Assembly (NCBI GenBank): GCA_052387675.1 | Contig: JBQTIY010000001.1 | Span: 93,480 to 157,479 of the forward strand | Reading direction: 5' to 3' | Length of the DNA: 64,000 nt | DNA from: Planctomycetota bacterium | Lineage (GTDB): Bacteria; Planctomycetota; B15-G4 | Shown here: one piece after another, positions 36,838-45,663 of the stretch | Numbering within the stretch: position 1 is the stretch's first letter | How the letters are laid out: every line of letters starts with the position of its first letter | The notes under the pieces: generated by a model | The model's database searches: none | What the model was told of the DNA's origin: nothing | The model's input: the letters and a program-made list of their open reading frames with translations, nothing else | Made by a program: the position numbers and the translations under genes

Positions 36838-36853
36838 ATACCTTTATTGGTAT
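36838..36853. promoter_or_regulatory. palindrome ATACC-TTTATT-GGTAT upstream of the XRE gene (candidate operator)
   Basis: Perfect 5-bp inverted repeat with a 6-nt AT-rich spacer, 30-45 nt upstream of start 36808, in an unusually AT-rich patch with TTGACC nearby. Confidence 0.35.
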
Positions 36854-36922
36854 CGGTCAAACGAATCCCAGTCCGACGCTCGTCGCCCGTCGCTCGCGGG
36901 AGCAGAAGACGGCTCGCCTGCT

Positions 36923-36965
36923 CTAGAGTTTCATCCGTTTGAGGGCCACGAGCACCCGGTCCGCC
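36923..36965 (-). pseudogene. 3'-terminal remnant of a further MshEN-like gene
   Basis: ctagagtttcatccgtttgagggccacgagcacccggtc encodes ...DRVLVALKRMKL*. Intact copy 1 has DLVLVVLRRMKL*. Similarity stops after ~43 nt. Confidence 0.55.
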
Positions 36966-37059
36966 GGCTGCCGTCGCAACGCCCGCCCCCGCCCCCGAAG
37001 AGCCCGCCCGCGTCGCCCGCTTGCTCGACCTCGCTGCGCCGATCGGGGAGAACGCCGCC

Positions 37060-37293
37060 ATGAGCGATACCAACGTTCAGATCACCGCCAACGGCCCGCT
37101 GCGGATCACGGGCAACTTCGAGATCTCGGACGCCACAGGAGCCAAGTTCGACCTGGCCGGACGCACGACAATCTCGCTTTGCCGCTGCGGCCACTCCGCG
37201 AACAAGCCCTTCTGCGACGGCGGGCACAACATGGCGGCCTTCCGGTCCGACGAGAAGGCGCGCGTACTGCCGCCCCCAAAGTCGCGGGGCTAA
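37060..37293 (+). CDS. CDGSH iron-sulfur domain protein (copy 2)
   Basis: Trimmed to ATG 37060, giving 77 aa. Differs from copy 1 at only a few positions (P24A, CDGAH to CDGGH, T74S). Confidence 0.85.
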   Translation: MSDTNVQITANGPLRITGNFEISDATGAKFDLAGRTTISLCRCGHSANKPFCDGGHNMAAFRSDEKARVLPPPKSRG

Positions 37294-37312
37294 CGACGGA
37301 TCAGGACGCCTC

Positions 37313-39001
37313 CTAAGGCGCGGGCGGGGCCTTGACGGGATGCGAGCCGGGCTCGCCCCCGCCCGTCGCGCCGTCGGATTCGTCCACCGTGCCGAGGATG
37401 CTCGGCAACTTCACGCCCGCCTGGCGCGCGAGTTCGTGGATCGGGGGCAGCGCGCCGATGAGATCGCGCAGCCACGCGGCCGTCGCATTGCCGTTGCGGC
37501 CGCCGCCCGCGCCACCGCCCTGGCCGTCCCAGATCGTGATCTTGTCGATCTTGAGGTTCTGGATGGCCTTGACCTGCTCGGCGACGAGCTCGGGCAACTT
37601 CTCGATGAGCAACAGAGTGGGCGCCATCTCAGGATGCGCGCCGCTCATCTCAACCAGCTTGCGGTAGCCCGCGGCCTTGGCCTCGAGCACGAGGCGAACG
37701 CCCTCGGCCTCCGCGGAGTACTTGAAGAGGATCGCGTCGGCCTCGCCCTTGCCGATGCGGCGCACCTGCTCGGCCCGCGCCTCGGCATCGATCTCGACCT
37801 TCCGCTTGTCGATCTCCTTCTGCACGACTTCGGTCTTCTCAAGACGCGCTTGTTCCTCCTGCGTCTGCGCTTGGAAGACGTCGCGGCTTGCGTTGGCCAG
37901 CGCGACATCGCCCTGGCGCTTGGCGATGGCCTGCGCCTCGGCGAGGAGAGCGACGCTCTTCGCGATGACAGCCTTAGAGTTGTTCTCGCCCTCCACCGCC
38001 GACGCCTCGAAGGCGGCAATCTTGATGCGCTGCTCGGCCTGCGCCTCCTTCTCGCCCTGAGCGGCGCCGGCCTCGAGTTGCGCGACGCGGATGCGCTGCT
38101 CGGTGAGCGCGGCCTTCTGGCCCTGCACGGCCTTGGCCGCTTGCTCCGCCACGGCGACTTCCTTCTCGCGGTTCGCCGCCGCCTCGCCGGTGATGCCCTC
38201 GGCTTCGTACTTCGCCACGCTGACGCGTTGGTCGCGCTCGGCCATCTTCTGGCCCATAGCCGACTGCGCGCGCTGCGTCGCGACGTTGACGTCCATCTCG
38301 CGCACGGCGCCGGCCTGACCGACATTTCCCAGCTTCTCTTGCTCGGCGACCTCGATCTTGGCCTGGTTGATCGCCTCCGACGCCGCCTTGCGCCCGATGG
38401 CCTCGATGTACCCGCTCTCGTCCGTGATGTCGCGGATGTTGACGTTGATGACGTCGAGCCCGATCTTGTTGAGCTCGTAGCCGACGTTCTTGTTGACCAG
38501 GTCGAGGAACTTCTCGCGGTCCTGGTTGATCTCCTCGATGCCCAGCGTGGCAAGCACGAGACGCATCTGGCCGAGGATGATGTCGCGCGCCTGGGCCGAG
38601 ATCTGCTGGTCGGTCATGCCGAGCAGGCGTTCCGCCGCGGCGTTCATGATCTCCGGCTCGGTCGAGATGCCGATCGTGAAGGTGCTCGGGACGTTGACGC
38701 GGATGTTCTTCTTGGACAGCGCGCCGGTGAGCTCGATGTCGATCGTCAGCGGCTCGAGCGAGAGGTACTCGTAGTCCTGCACGAGCGGGACCACGAAGGT
38801 GCCGCCGCCGTGCAGGCACTTGGCCGCGCGCGCCCCCCCGACCCGGCCGTACACGACAAGGATGCGGTTGGACGGGCAGCGCCGGTACTGCCGCACGAGC
38901 AGCACCGTGAAGAACACCACGATGAGGACGACGACGCCGATGACGGCGAAGGTGCCGAAGGCGCCGCCGAAGCCGGCGCCCTGGAGCAGGACTGCGATCA
39001 T
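37313..39001 (-). CDS. flotillin (SPFH/band-7 domain protein)
   Basis: 562 aa. N-terminal TM, an SPFH region (RVNVPSTFTIGIS...) and a long Ala/Glu/Gln-rich flotillin coiled coil. Confidence 0.8.
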   Translation of the reverse strand: MIAVLLQGAGFGGAFGTFAVIGVVVLIVVFFTVLLVRQYRRCPSNRILVVYGRVGGARAAKCLHGGGTFVVPLVQDYEYLSLEPLTIDIELTGALSKKNIRVNVPSTFTIGISTEPEIMNAAAERLLGMTDQQISAQARDIILGQMRLVLATLGIEEINQDREKFLDLVNKNVGYELNKIGLDVINVNIRDITDESGYIEAIGRKAASEAINQAKIEVAEQEKLGNVGQAGAVREMDVNVATQRAQSAMGQKMAERDQRVSVAKYEAEGITGEAAANREKEVAVAEQAAKAVQGQKAALTEQRIRVAQLEAGAAQGEKEAQAEQRIKIAAFEASAVEGENNSKAVIAKSVALLAEAQAIAKRQGDVALANASRDVFQAQTQEEQARLEKTEVVQKEIDKRKVEIDAEARAEQVRRIGKGEADAILFKYSAEAEGVRLVLEAKAAGYRKLVEMSGAHPEMAPTLLLIEKLPELVAEQVKAIQNLKIDKITIWDGQGGGAGGGRNGNATAAWLRDLIGALPPIHELARQAGVKLPSILGTVDESDGATGGGEPGSHPVKAPPAP

Positions 39002-39080
39002 TTCTGGTCTGCCTTTCTGATGGGGATCCTCGTCCTGTGCTCGCGACGCCGCCCGCGGGCCTCGCGCTGCGTCGAGCGGC

Positions 39081-39701
39081 TCAGCTTTGCGGCTCGACGA
39101 CGATGGAGTTATCCGACTCGACGGACAAGACCTTTACGGAGCTAAAGGCCGCGATCGACGGTCCGGAACTGCCGGCGGGCACGATGCGGCTGCGGCCCTG
39201 GACGCTCACGCGCACCTTGCCGCGACCTTGGCCGCGCGCGGGGATAGCCAAGTAGACCTGCGCCATGCTGCCGACGCACAGGCGCAGGTCGGAGAAGGGC
39301 TCGCTGTTGAGGCTGCGCATCGAGCGCGCTAGGACCGCCGCGAGCACCATGCAGAGCCCACCGAAGCCAACGGCTGCCGCCAACGACGGCAGCGAACCGA
39401 GCTGCCAGTCGATGCGGCAGGCGAGCCCCATCCAGCCTGCCCCCATGAAGAAGGCCAAGAGCGAGAGCATCGAGAAGAGCTGGAAGGCCGCGGTGCTGTC
39501 GGCGTGCTGGCTGTCCTGCGCGCCGGCGGCGTGGTCCGCCCCGCCCGCGCCCGTGTCGACGTGGACGTCAAAGTCGCCGCCGTGGTCCCCGCCGCCGCCG
39601 AACATGGCCATCGCGAGACGCGCGAGGAAAAGCAGCGTCGCGGCGGCCGCCATGACAAAGTAAACGGTCGCGTCCGTGGACTGCCCGATCGTTTCCCACA
39701 T
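39081..39701 (-). CDS. NfeD-like membrane protein (flotillin partner)
   Basis: 206 aa. 3-4 TM helices plus a C-terminal OB-like tail (GKVRVSVQGRSRIVPAGSS...VKVLSVESDNSIVVEP). Lies directly upstream of the flotillin gene. Confidence 0.65.
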   Translation of the reverse strand: MWETIGQSTDATVYFVMAAAATLLFLARLAMAMFGGGGDHGGDFDVHVDTGAGGADHAAGAQDSQHADSTAAFQLFSMLSLLAFFMGAGWMGLACRIDWQLGSLPSLAAAVGFGGLCMVLAAVLARSMRSLNSEPFSDLRLCVGSMAQVYLAIPARGQGRGKVRVSVQGRSRIVPAGSSGPSIAAFSSVKVLSVESDNSIVVEPQS

Positions 39702-40142
39702 GGCTCACTCCCGAGCGGCGAGAAAGGATGGTAGGACAACGCCGAACGACCGTCAACGGCGGACGCCAGTCGGGACCGTGACGCCGCCGCTGGACAGGCG
39801 CGGGCGTGGCTCCGGGCTGGTCAGCCCTGCGAAACTCCCATATCAGATGGACCTGTTTCCGGAGAGAGGGTCAGCGACTCTCACATGCCAAGAGCGCCTG
39901 ACTCGCGCTGCGAGGCCGCGGATCAAGGGGGCAAATGCTCGACGCCGTTGACCTTCAGGATTCGCTTACCCGGTGGTCCTTGCGTGAACTCGACCACGTC
40001 GCCAGTTGAGAACGGGCCGTAGGCGACGCTGTCAACCCAGACATCCAAGTCCTTCACACGTAACTCGCCCTGCTCTGCGTTACGAGTCTTGCGTCGCGCC
40101 GACGATTGACCGCGATCGAGTTCGAAGCGTGAAGAGGAAAGT

Positions 40143-40535
40143 TCATGGCGAAACCGCTCCGTGTCTCGGCAGCCTGCGCCCTCGCCGCTGCCCTCTCCGG
40201 TGCTTGGCGGCGCTCAGGCACGCCAACACGAGTGCCACGAACGCAATCGTCCAGGCGGCAAACTTGCCGACCGCGGCGGCCGCAGTTCCTGTCGGCAGCA
40301 CGTTAGCCACGCACTGACCTCCGAAGCTGACGGCCAGGAGCGCGCAAATCCGGGCCGGCAAGCCTGAAGAGTCGTGAAACCACCCCCGGTGCTCCAGCAC
40401 TGCGATGAGTGCCTGGGCGACTGCGACCCAAAGATAGATCGCCCAGGGCGGGACCATCCGAAACATCCAGCCGACAATGAGCAGCACGGCCACCGCGGCA
40501 AGCGTCAGTTGAAGCGACAGTCGCCGGCTACTCAT
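40143..40535 (-). CDS. small polytopic membrane protein, unknown function
   Basis: 130 aa with 4 predicted hydrophobic helices. Confidence 0.45.
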   Translation of the reverse strand: MSSRRLSLQLTLAAVAVLLIVGWMFRMVPPWAIYLWVAVAQALIAVLEHRGWFHDSSGLPARICALLAVSFGGQCVANVLPTGTAAAAVGKFAAWTIAFVALVLACLSAAKHRRGQRRGRRLPRHGAVSP

Positions 40536-40614
40536 CGTGCCGCACTTGGCCCGCGAATCGAGTGAACCAAGCCCAGTTCTGGGCCCTTCCGCCGGAGCCG
40601 CGATTGCAATGCCC

Positions 40615-43107
40615 TCACGGCACGTCCGCCCGCAGCGCGTTGCTCAGCGCGACGCCGCAGACCGCCGCCGCGTCCTGAATCGCGTACTGAAAGTAGAGGC
40701 TCAGGCCGGACAACCCACTGGGCCAACTCGGCCAAGCGAGCGGAATGCCCCCGCCGCCGTCCGTGTTCAGCGAGAACTGGAAGGCGAGGGGCACTGGCAC
40801 CAGAGTGCCGCACTTAAACGGCGAGGGTGTGCTGGCCAGCGAGAGGAAGAGGATCGCGTTGGCCGACGACGCGGCCTGGCTCAAGGTGAGGGCGCCCGAG
40901 CTACCTGTCGTCAGCGGGCCGGTACCCACAAGCGACGGGTCGCCGATCACGCCTGCCAGGGCAAAACCGAGGTCGGCCCAGGGAATGTTGTCGAGGTCGA
41001 ACACGTAGGCCGCGCCCGAGGTGAACCCACCAGTGTCCTCGTCGTACGCACCCGCGACGACCACTTCGCCGGAGAGGGAGACTGACTCGCCGAACCGGTC
41101 CGCCGTGCCGGTGTTCGAAGCCTTGACGTAGGCGGCCTGGCTCCAGTTCGCCCCGCCGCGCACGAAAACGTAGACCGCACCGGACTGGGGCGCGCTGTTG
41201 TCGCCCTGGTCACCGTCCACGCCCGTCGCGACGCTGGCTTCGGACCAGGCTCCGACCACGGTCGTGTCGCCGGCGACCGAGACCGAGGTGCCGAATCGGT
41301 CATTCGGATCGGTGTTCGAGGCCTTCAGGTAAGCCTGCTGGCTCCAGTTCGCCCCGCTGCGCGCGAAGACGTAGGCGGCGCCCGAGTCCTGGGAGCTGTT
41401 GTCGATCGTGTCGCCGTCCACGCCGGTGGCGTTGCTGTCTTCAAAGGCCGCCCCCACAACGATCGTGTCCCCGTCAACCGAGACCGAGTAGCCGAAGATG
41501 TCGCCCGCACTCGTGTTGGAGGCCTTCAGGTAGGCCTGTTGGCTCCACATCGTTCCGCTGCGCACGAAGACGTACGCCGCGCCGGCCCCGCTTGCGCTGT
41601 TGTCGATCTGGCCACCGTTCACGCCCGTTGCGCTGTTGTCCTCCCCGGAGGCCCCTACGACCAGGGTGTCATCGGAGACCGAAACCGAGACGCCGAACGC
41701 GTCCTCCGAGCCGGTGTTCGAGGCCTTCAGGTAGGCCTGCTGGCTCCAGGTCACTCCGCTGCGCACAAAGACGTAGGCCGCGCCGGCGGTCGTGGAGCTG
41801 TCGTTGCCCTGGTTGCCGTTCACGCCGGTGGTATTGCTGTCTTCAAAGACCGCCCCGACGACGATCGTGTCCCCGGAGATCGAGACCGAGCCGCCGAACC
41901 GGTCATCCGTGAATGTGTTCGAGGCCTTCAGATAGGCCTGCTGGCTCCAGGTCACTCCGCTGCGCACAAAGACGTAGGCCGCGCCGGCGTCTGGGGCACC
42001 GTTCGCCTGGCTGCCATTCACCCCCGTGGCACTGCTCTCTTCGCCTTTCGCCCCCACGACAAGCGTGTCGCCGGAAACCGAAACCGAGCAGCCGAACGCG
42101 TCCCCCGACCCGGTGTTCGAGGCCTTCAGGTAGGCCTGCTGGCTCCAGCTAGCTCCGCTGCGCACGAAGACATAGGCTGCGCCGGAGTCGAAGGAGCTGT
42201 TGTTGCTCCCATCGCCATCCACGCCGGTTGCGTTGCTGTCCTCTCGGCTGGCCCCCACGACGACGGTGTTGCCGGACACGGAGACCGACTCGCCGAACCG
42301 GTCCTGCGCTCCGGTGTTCGAGGCCTGGAGAAAGGCCTGCTGCGCGATCGGGTCGATCGTGAGCGGGTAGCGCGCGCCGCGCTCATCGATTGTTAATAGT
42401 AGCCCGGTGGCGACCGGCTCGAAGCGGGCGGGCAGCTTACGACTGTCAGCGTCGAACACGGTCAGGCCCGCGTAGGTGACCCCCACGGCACCGTCGCCGT
42501 TCACAAACTGGACGCCACGCCCGTCGGCCTGTACCTGCGCTGCCAGATCACCGCGAACCGCGAGAGTGAAGGTCAGCGGGCCTTCTCGATCCTGCGGCGG
42601 TTGCTGCCGCACGGTATAGCCGTGCTCCAGTCCACGCGCGTCGTTGACGTACCACTCCTGCACCGTGGCGTCCCAGTCGTAGGCCACGCGCTCGCCGTCG
42701 GCAGCAACCTGCGCCGCGCCCGCAATCGCGCGCTCCTGCCCGGCGAAGCCGTAGCTCTCGAGTTGCAGGCCCCACGCCCAGCCGCCAGCGTCGGGCTGCA
42801 CCGTGAACCCGCGGCCGTCGAAGTGTGTCGTCCACTGCTGGCCCGGATTGCGTGCGGCGAAGCCCCCACTCAGTGGGGTGGCAGCGTGCCGAACTGCGTC
42901 GTGCGCCTGTCGGATGCTGGACCAATCGTCAGCACTTAGGCCATCTGACACAGCATCGAGCGGGCGCTCGTTCACGGCCTGACCACTCAACTCCGGCTGG
43001 AGGGTCAGGGCTGCAAAGATCAACGCAGAAAGAGCGATGAGTCGAGAGACTTGCGCGGATGCGCGCCGTGTCGTGGGCAGCGCGACCGAGCAGTTAACCA
43101 CGCCCAT
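40615..43107 (-). CDS. secreted FG-GAP/integrin-alpha-like beta-propeller repeat protein with conserved C-terminal domain ending ALRADVP
   Basis: ORF 40615..43584 trimmed to ATG 43107 (MGVVNCS...LIALSALIFAALTL). About 8 repeats of FG.SVS(V/L)SGDT.VVGA..E.S.ATGV.G.Q.....GAAYVFVRSG..WSQQAYLKASNT. Confidence 0.7.
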   Translation of the reverse strand: MGVVNCSVALPTTRRASAQVSRLIALSALIFAALTLQPELSGQAVNERPLDAVSDGLSADDWSSIRQAHDAVRHAATPLSGGFAARNPGQQWTTHFDGRGFTVQPDAGGWAWGLQLESYGFAGQERAIAGAAQVAADGERVAYDWDATVQEWYVNDARGLEHGYTVRQQPPQDREGPLTFTLAVRGDLAAQVQADGRGVQFVNGDGAVGVTYAGLTVFDADSRKLPARFEPVATGLLLTIDERGARYPLTIDPIAQQAFLQASNTGAQDRFGESVSVSGNTVVVGASREDSNATGVDGDGSNNSSFDSGAAYVFVRSGASWSQQAYLKASNTGSGDAFGCSVSVSGDTLVVGAKGEESSATGVNGSQANGAPDAGAAYVFVRSGVTWSQQAYLKASNTFTDDRFGGSVSISGDTIVVGAVFEDSNTTGVNGNQGNDSSTTAGAAYVFVRSGVTWSQQAYLKASNTGSEDAFGVSVSVSDDTLVVGASGEDNSATGVNGGQIDNSASGAGAAYVFVRSGTMWSQQAYLKASNTSAGDIFGYSVSVDGDTIVVGAAFEDSNATGVDGDTIDNSSQDSGAAYVFARSGANWSQQAYLKASNTDPNDRFGTSVSVAGDTTVVGAWSEASVATGVDGDQGDNSAPQSGAVYVFVRGGANWSQAAYVKASNTGTADRFGESVSLSGEVVVAGAYDEDTGGFTSGAAYVFDLDNIPWADLGFALAGVIGDPSLVGTGPLTTGSSGALTLSQAASSANAILFLSLASTPSPFKCGTLVPVPLAFQFSLNTDGGGGIPLAWPSWPSGLSGLSLYFQYAIQDAAAVCGVALSNALRADVP
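40995..42340. repeat. intragenic tandem ~156-nt coding repeats (FG-GAP-like blades)
   Basis: Stretches such as gaggccttcaggtaggcctgctggctccaggtcactccgctgcgcacaaagacgtaggccgcgccggc recur almost verbatim, for example near 41720 and 41920. Confidence 0.8.
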
Positions 43108-43169
43108 TTCCGGCCCTTTCTCGTGAGAGCAAGAGAGCGTTGTAACCGCACTCGCGCGGGGCGTGAAGG
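43108..43169 (-). promoter_or_regulatory. conserved 62-nt 5' leader shared with gene 32804..34495
   Basis: See 34496..34557; 53/62 identical. Confidence 0.5.
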
Positions 43170-43618
43170 ATGCGGCGGTCAACTGAATGCGAGCCGCACC
43201 ACGCACGCGTCGCGCCCAACACGACACCCCTCGCAAACACGCGCAGAACGGGCGATTCCTGGCCCTCGTCGCGCGGCCGGTCGCGGCGCTCGCCAAGCCT
43301 TCCCAACGCCCCGCCCGCACCCGCCTCGTTCGCACGGAGGCGATGGTTCCCCATGACCCATCCAGGTGCGAACTGGCTCGCGGTTCGAGCTTCGCAGGAA
43401 GTTTGGCCGAGACCGCACCAGGCGCGAACTCGGTCAACTCGATGAGATCCCTTGCTGAACAGGCCGTCAACTGAGCTGACATGCCACTCCGGCGGGGCTC
43501 AAAGGCAACTTCGTCTCGGCCGTGCGACCTCGAGGATCGCCAATCCCGGCCCGAATTCGTCCCGCGCAAGTTTCTGTGGGTCACACCATCATGATGATCC
43601 TCTGGTCACTCCCATTGA

Positions 43619-43654
43619 CCCCGCCAAGCACGAACTGACTCGTGCTTGGCGGGG
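43619..43654. terminator. perfect 15-bp stem / 6-nt loop hairpin (no U-tract)
   Basis: CCCCGCCAAGCACGA-actgac-TCGTGCTTGGCGGGG, 80 nt downstream of the stop of gene 43734..44747. Confidence 0.4.
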
Positions 43655-43733
43655 CGGCTCGTGGACGCGAAGGACCCGTTCTGCACGAGTTCGAAGCGAA
43701 CAACTCATCGCAGAACGCACTGGCTTCAACAAC

Positions 43734-44747
43734 TCACTTCTGACAACGCGGGTTCTCGCAAGTTCCCTTGCCGTGGGGTATCCAGCAGCCTCCGCCGACT
43801 ACGGGCTGTGCGTTGGGCGCGCTGCAAGCTGGATCGCCATCAGGATGCCAGCCCCACGGACCCTTGTGCGGCTCCGGCGGCTTTGGCACCGTCGAACCTG
43901 GCAGCGCCGGGCCCGCTGGTCCCCACACGTCATCAGACTGTCCGTAGGCGGCAGCACATGCAAGGCAAACAATTACAGCCGGAACCACTACGCCGCCGGA
44001 CCCAACAGATCCCGCACACGCCGTTAGAGCCACCCACCAAGGGCAAGGCTCAACGAACTCGAGCGCCAGGCTAGTGCCCCGGGACATCCTTTCCACTTCA
44101 GTGATGATCTGACGGTCCTGAAGCACTCGCTGGAGAAACTCCAAGAGCAGTCCATCCTCCGGAGCGCTCTGATCGATGACGTACGTTCGAGTTCTGGCAT
44201 CGGCGGACAAACGCTGGATCCCACCGACGCGCTCCACAATCTCTGGTCCATCGACGTATACCAGCAGATCCTGCGTGACACCGGCCACTCGGACCTGAAC
44301 GAACTGAATGCCAGATATCTGGCCTCCTATGACTCGGCCCACTTCCAATCCAGAGTGCCCGCGAAGAATGATGAGTGCCCCGTTTGCTGCTGGCAACGAG
44401 AAGATCTCGCCATGATCGACTCCGAATGCACTTCGCAGTCTGGCCTGAGCGTCCACTGTTACAGCATGCCCGGAGAGTGGCGATTGCTTGGGTACGACTG
44501 TTAGCGCACTTTCTGCCGCTGGCTCGACTTGCTCCGTCTCTGCGGAGCACTCACTAACGCCGCCTTGCACCGCGGTGCTGGTCGCATGATGTCTCGTGGC
44601 TGAACTCACAAGTGCACTCTCGCTTGATTCTACGGCGACCTGCCCGGTGACGGACGCCGTCGCGAGCATGGCAAGGAGAAGTGCGAGGACAACTGTCAGA
44701 CTTAAAGAACTCATGGTCTGTTCCTTTCGTAGTGAAGACTGGGTCAT
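43734..44747 (-). CDS. hypothetical exported protein with C-terminal TM and Cys-rich tail
   Basis: ORF 43734..44951 trimmed to ATG 44747 (or 44714). Signal-like LSLTVVLALLLAMLATASVTG, late TM VVVPAVIVCLACAAAYG, tail CWIPHGKGTCENPRCQK. Confidence 0.45.
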   Translation of the reverse strand: MTQSSLRKEQTMSSLSLTVVLALLLAMLATASVTGQVAVESSESALVSSATRHHATSTAVQGGVSECSAETEQVEPAAESALTVVPKQSPLSGHAVTVDAQARLRSAFGVDHGEIFSLPAANGALIILRGHSGLEVGRVIGGQISGIQFVQVRVAGVTQDLLVYVDGPEIVERVGGIQRLSADARTRTYVIDQSAPEDGLLLEFLQRVLQDRQIITEVERMSRGTSLALEFVEPCPWWVALTACAGSVGSGGVVVPAVIVCLACAAAYGQSDDVWGPAGPALPGSTVPKPPEPHKGPWGWHPDGDPACSAPNAQPVVGGGCWIPHGKGTCENPRCQK

Positions 44748-45228
44748 GAACACGTGGAGCGCGAGTAACGAGCGCTGAAAGCCGAGGAACTGCGAGCTGC
44801 ACCCGTGTGACTGGCTCGCAGCTCCTCGACCCCGTTCTCTCTCGTCCCTCACACCTGCCGAAGCCACAGAAGCACGAATGGTCAGAGGTAGTGTCGAGCA
44901 CGACTTGCTCACAGCTAACTCGACATCGACAGTACTTGCGCGTGCAATCATGTGGCTCCAACAACCGCACTCTGCACTGCAAGCCGAACGCGTGCTGACA
45001 CGAACCCGGATCGTTCCATTGCCAGTACCGAAGGCGATGGCGATACTCTGATCAGCTCACGTTGGCCAACACGCATGAACAGGCCGCCGGAACTGGAACC
45101 GCGCAGCGGCGCCATGACCGATTGGGACGGCCTCCAACCCCGAACAGCGTCACAACCCCACTGTTGACACTGGGGTGTTAACGGATTGCTGCCTGTTCAC
45201 CTGGACCGCAAAGCTGTTGTGCGTCCGG

Positions 45229-45663
45229 CTAGCTCAGGGCTATAGCGAACAGCACCAAGGGTCCAGTAGGCATTCCGCGGGGCTGCATCACCCAGTGGCG
45301 CTCGATGCCGCGATCAGAGATCGTGACCCATCCAAGCAGGTGAATCGCACCGGTCCGGGAATCGATGCGGAAGTAGTAGATCCGCGACTCACGCGGTAGC
45401 GCAGCGCTCAGCGAAGTGGCAGAAGAGCCGCTCGAGTTGGATTGATTAGAGTTGGCAGTGGACCCGCCTCCGCCGCCGGCTAGAGCCGCTGGCGGAGCCT
45501 CCGGAGCCTCTTTCGATGTCGGAGGACTTGGTGGTCCGACGGGCCGGGGCGGATAGCTCCAGTCGCCGGTCATTTGTGCTGAAGCAAGCCCGGTAAGAAC
45601 CAGGAGGGCTGACATGCTCCGAAGGATGGCAACCCAGGCAATGTGTGGAGTCTTCACGAGCAA
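45229..45663 (-). CDS. hypothetical exported protein (Pro/Ser/Gly-rich linker)
   Basis: 144 aa with signal-like MSALLVLTGLASAQ. 10-nt overlap with the upstream HTH gene. Confidence 0.4.
   Translation of the reverse strand: MLVKTPHIAWVAILRSMSALLVLTGLASAQMTGDWSYPPRPVGPPSPPTSKEAPEAPPAALAGGGGGSTANSNQSNSSGSSATSLSAALPRESRIYYFRIDSRTGAIHLLGWVTISDRGIERHWVMQPRGMPTGPLVLFAIALS

Noticed and set aside
37340-39145. 601-aa plus-strand ORF covering the flotillin gene
   Set aside because: A shadow ORF opposite an unmistakable flotillin/SPFH gene. Its low-complexity Leu/Arg/Asp/Gly translation supports this. The same reasoning applies to 7711..9408, 9303..10583, 17812..19062, 33608..34447, 41539..42396 and similar.
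40995-42340. Regularly spaced repeats that could be mistaken for a CRISPR-like array
   Set aside because: The period (~156 nt) and content are coding blades of one long ORF. There are no short unique spacers and no cas genes.
44952-45228. ~280-nt gap containing TTGACA and a 6-bp stem hairpin (ACCCCA...TGGGGT)
   Set aside because: The TTGACA is on the plus strand with no matching -10 hexamer and no downstream plus-strand gene. The hairpin is weak. The gap is most likely just the promoter region of the minus-strand gene 43734..44747.
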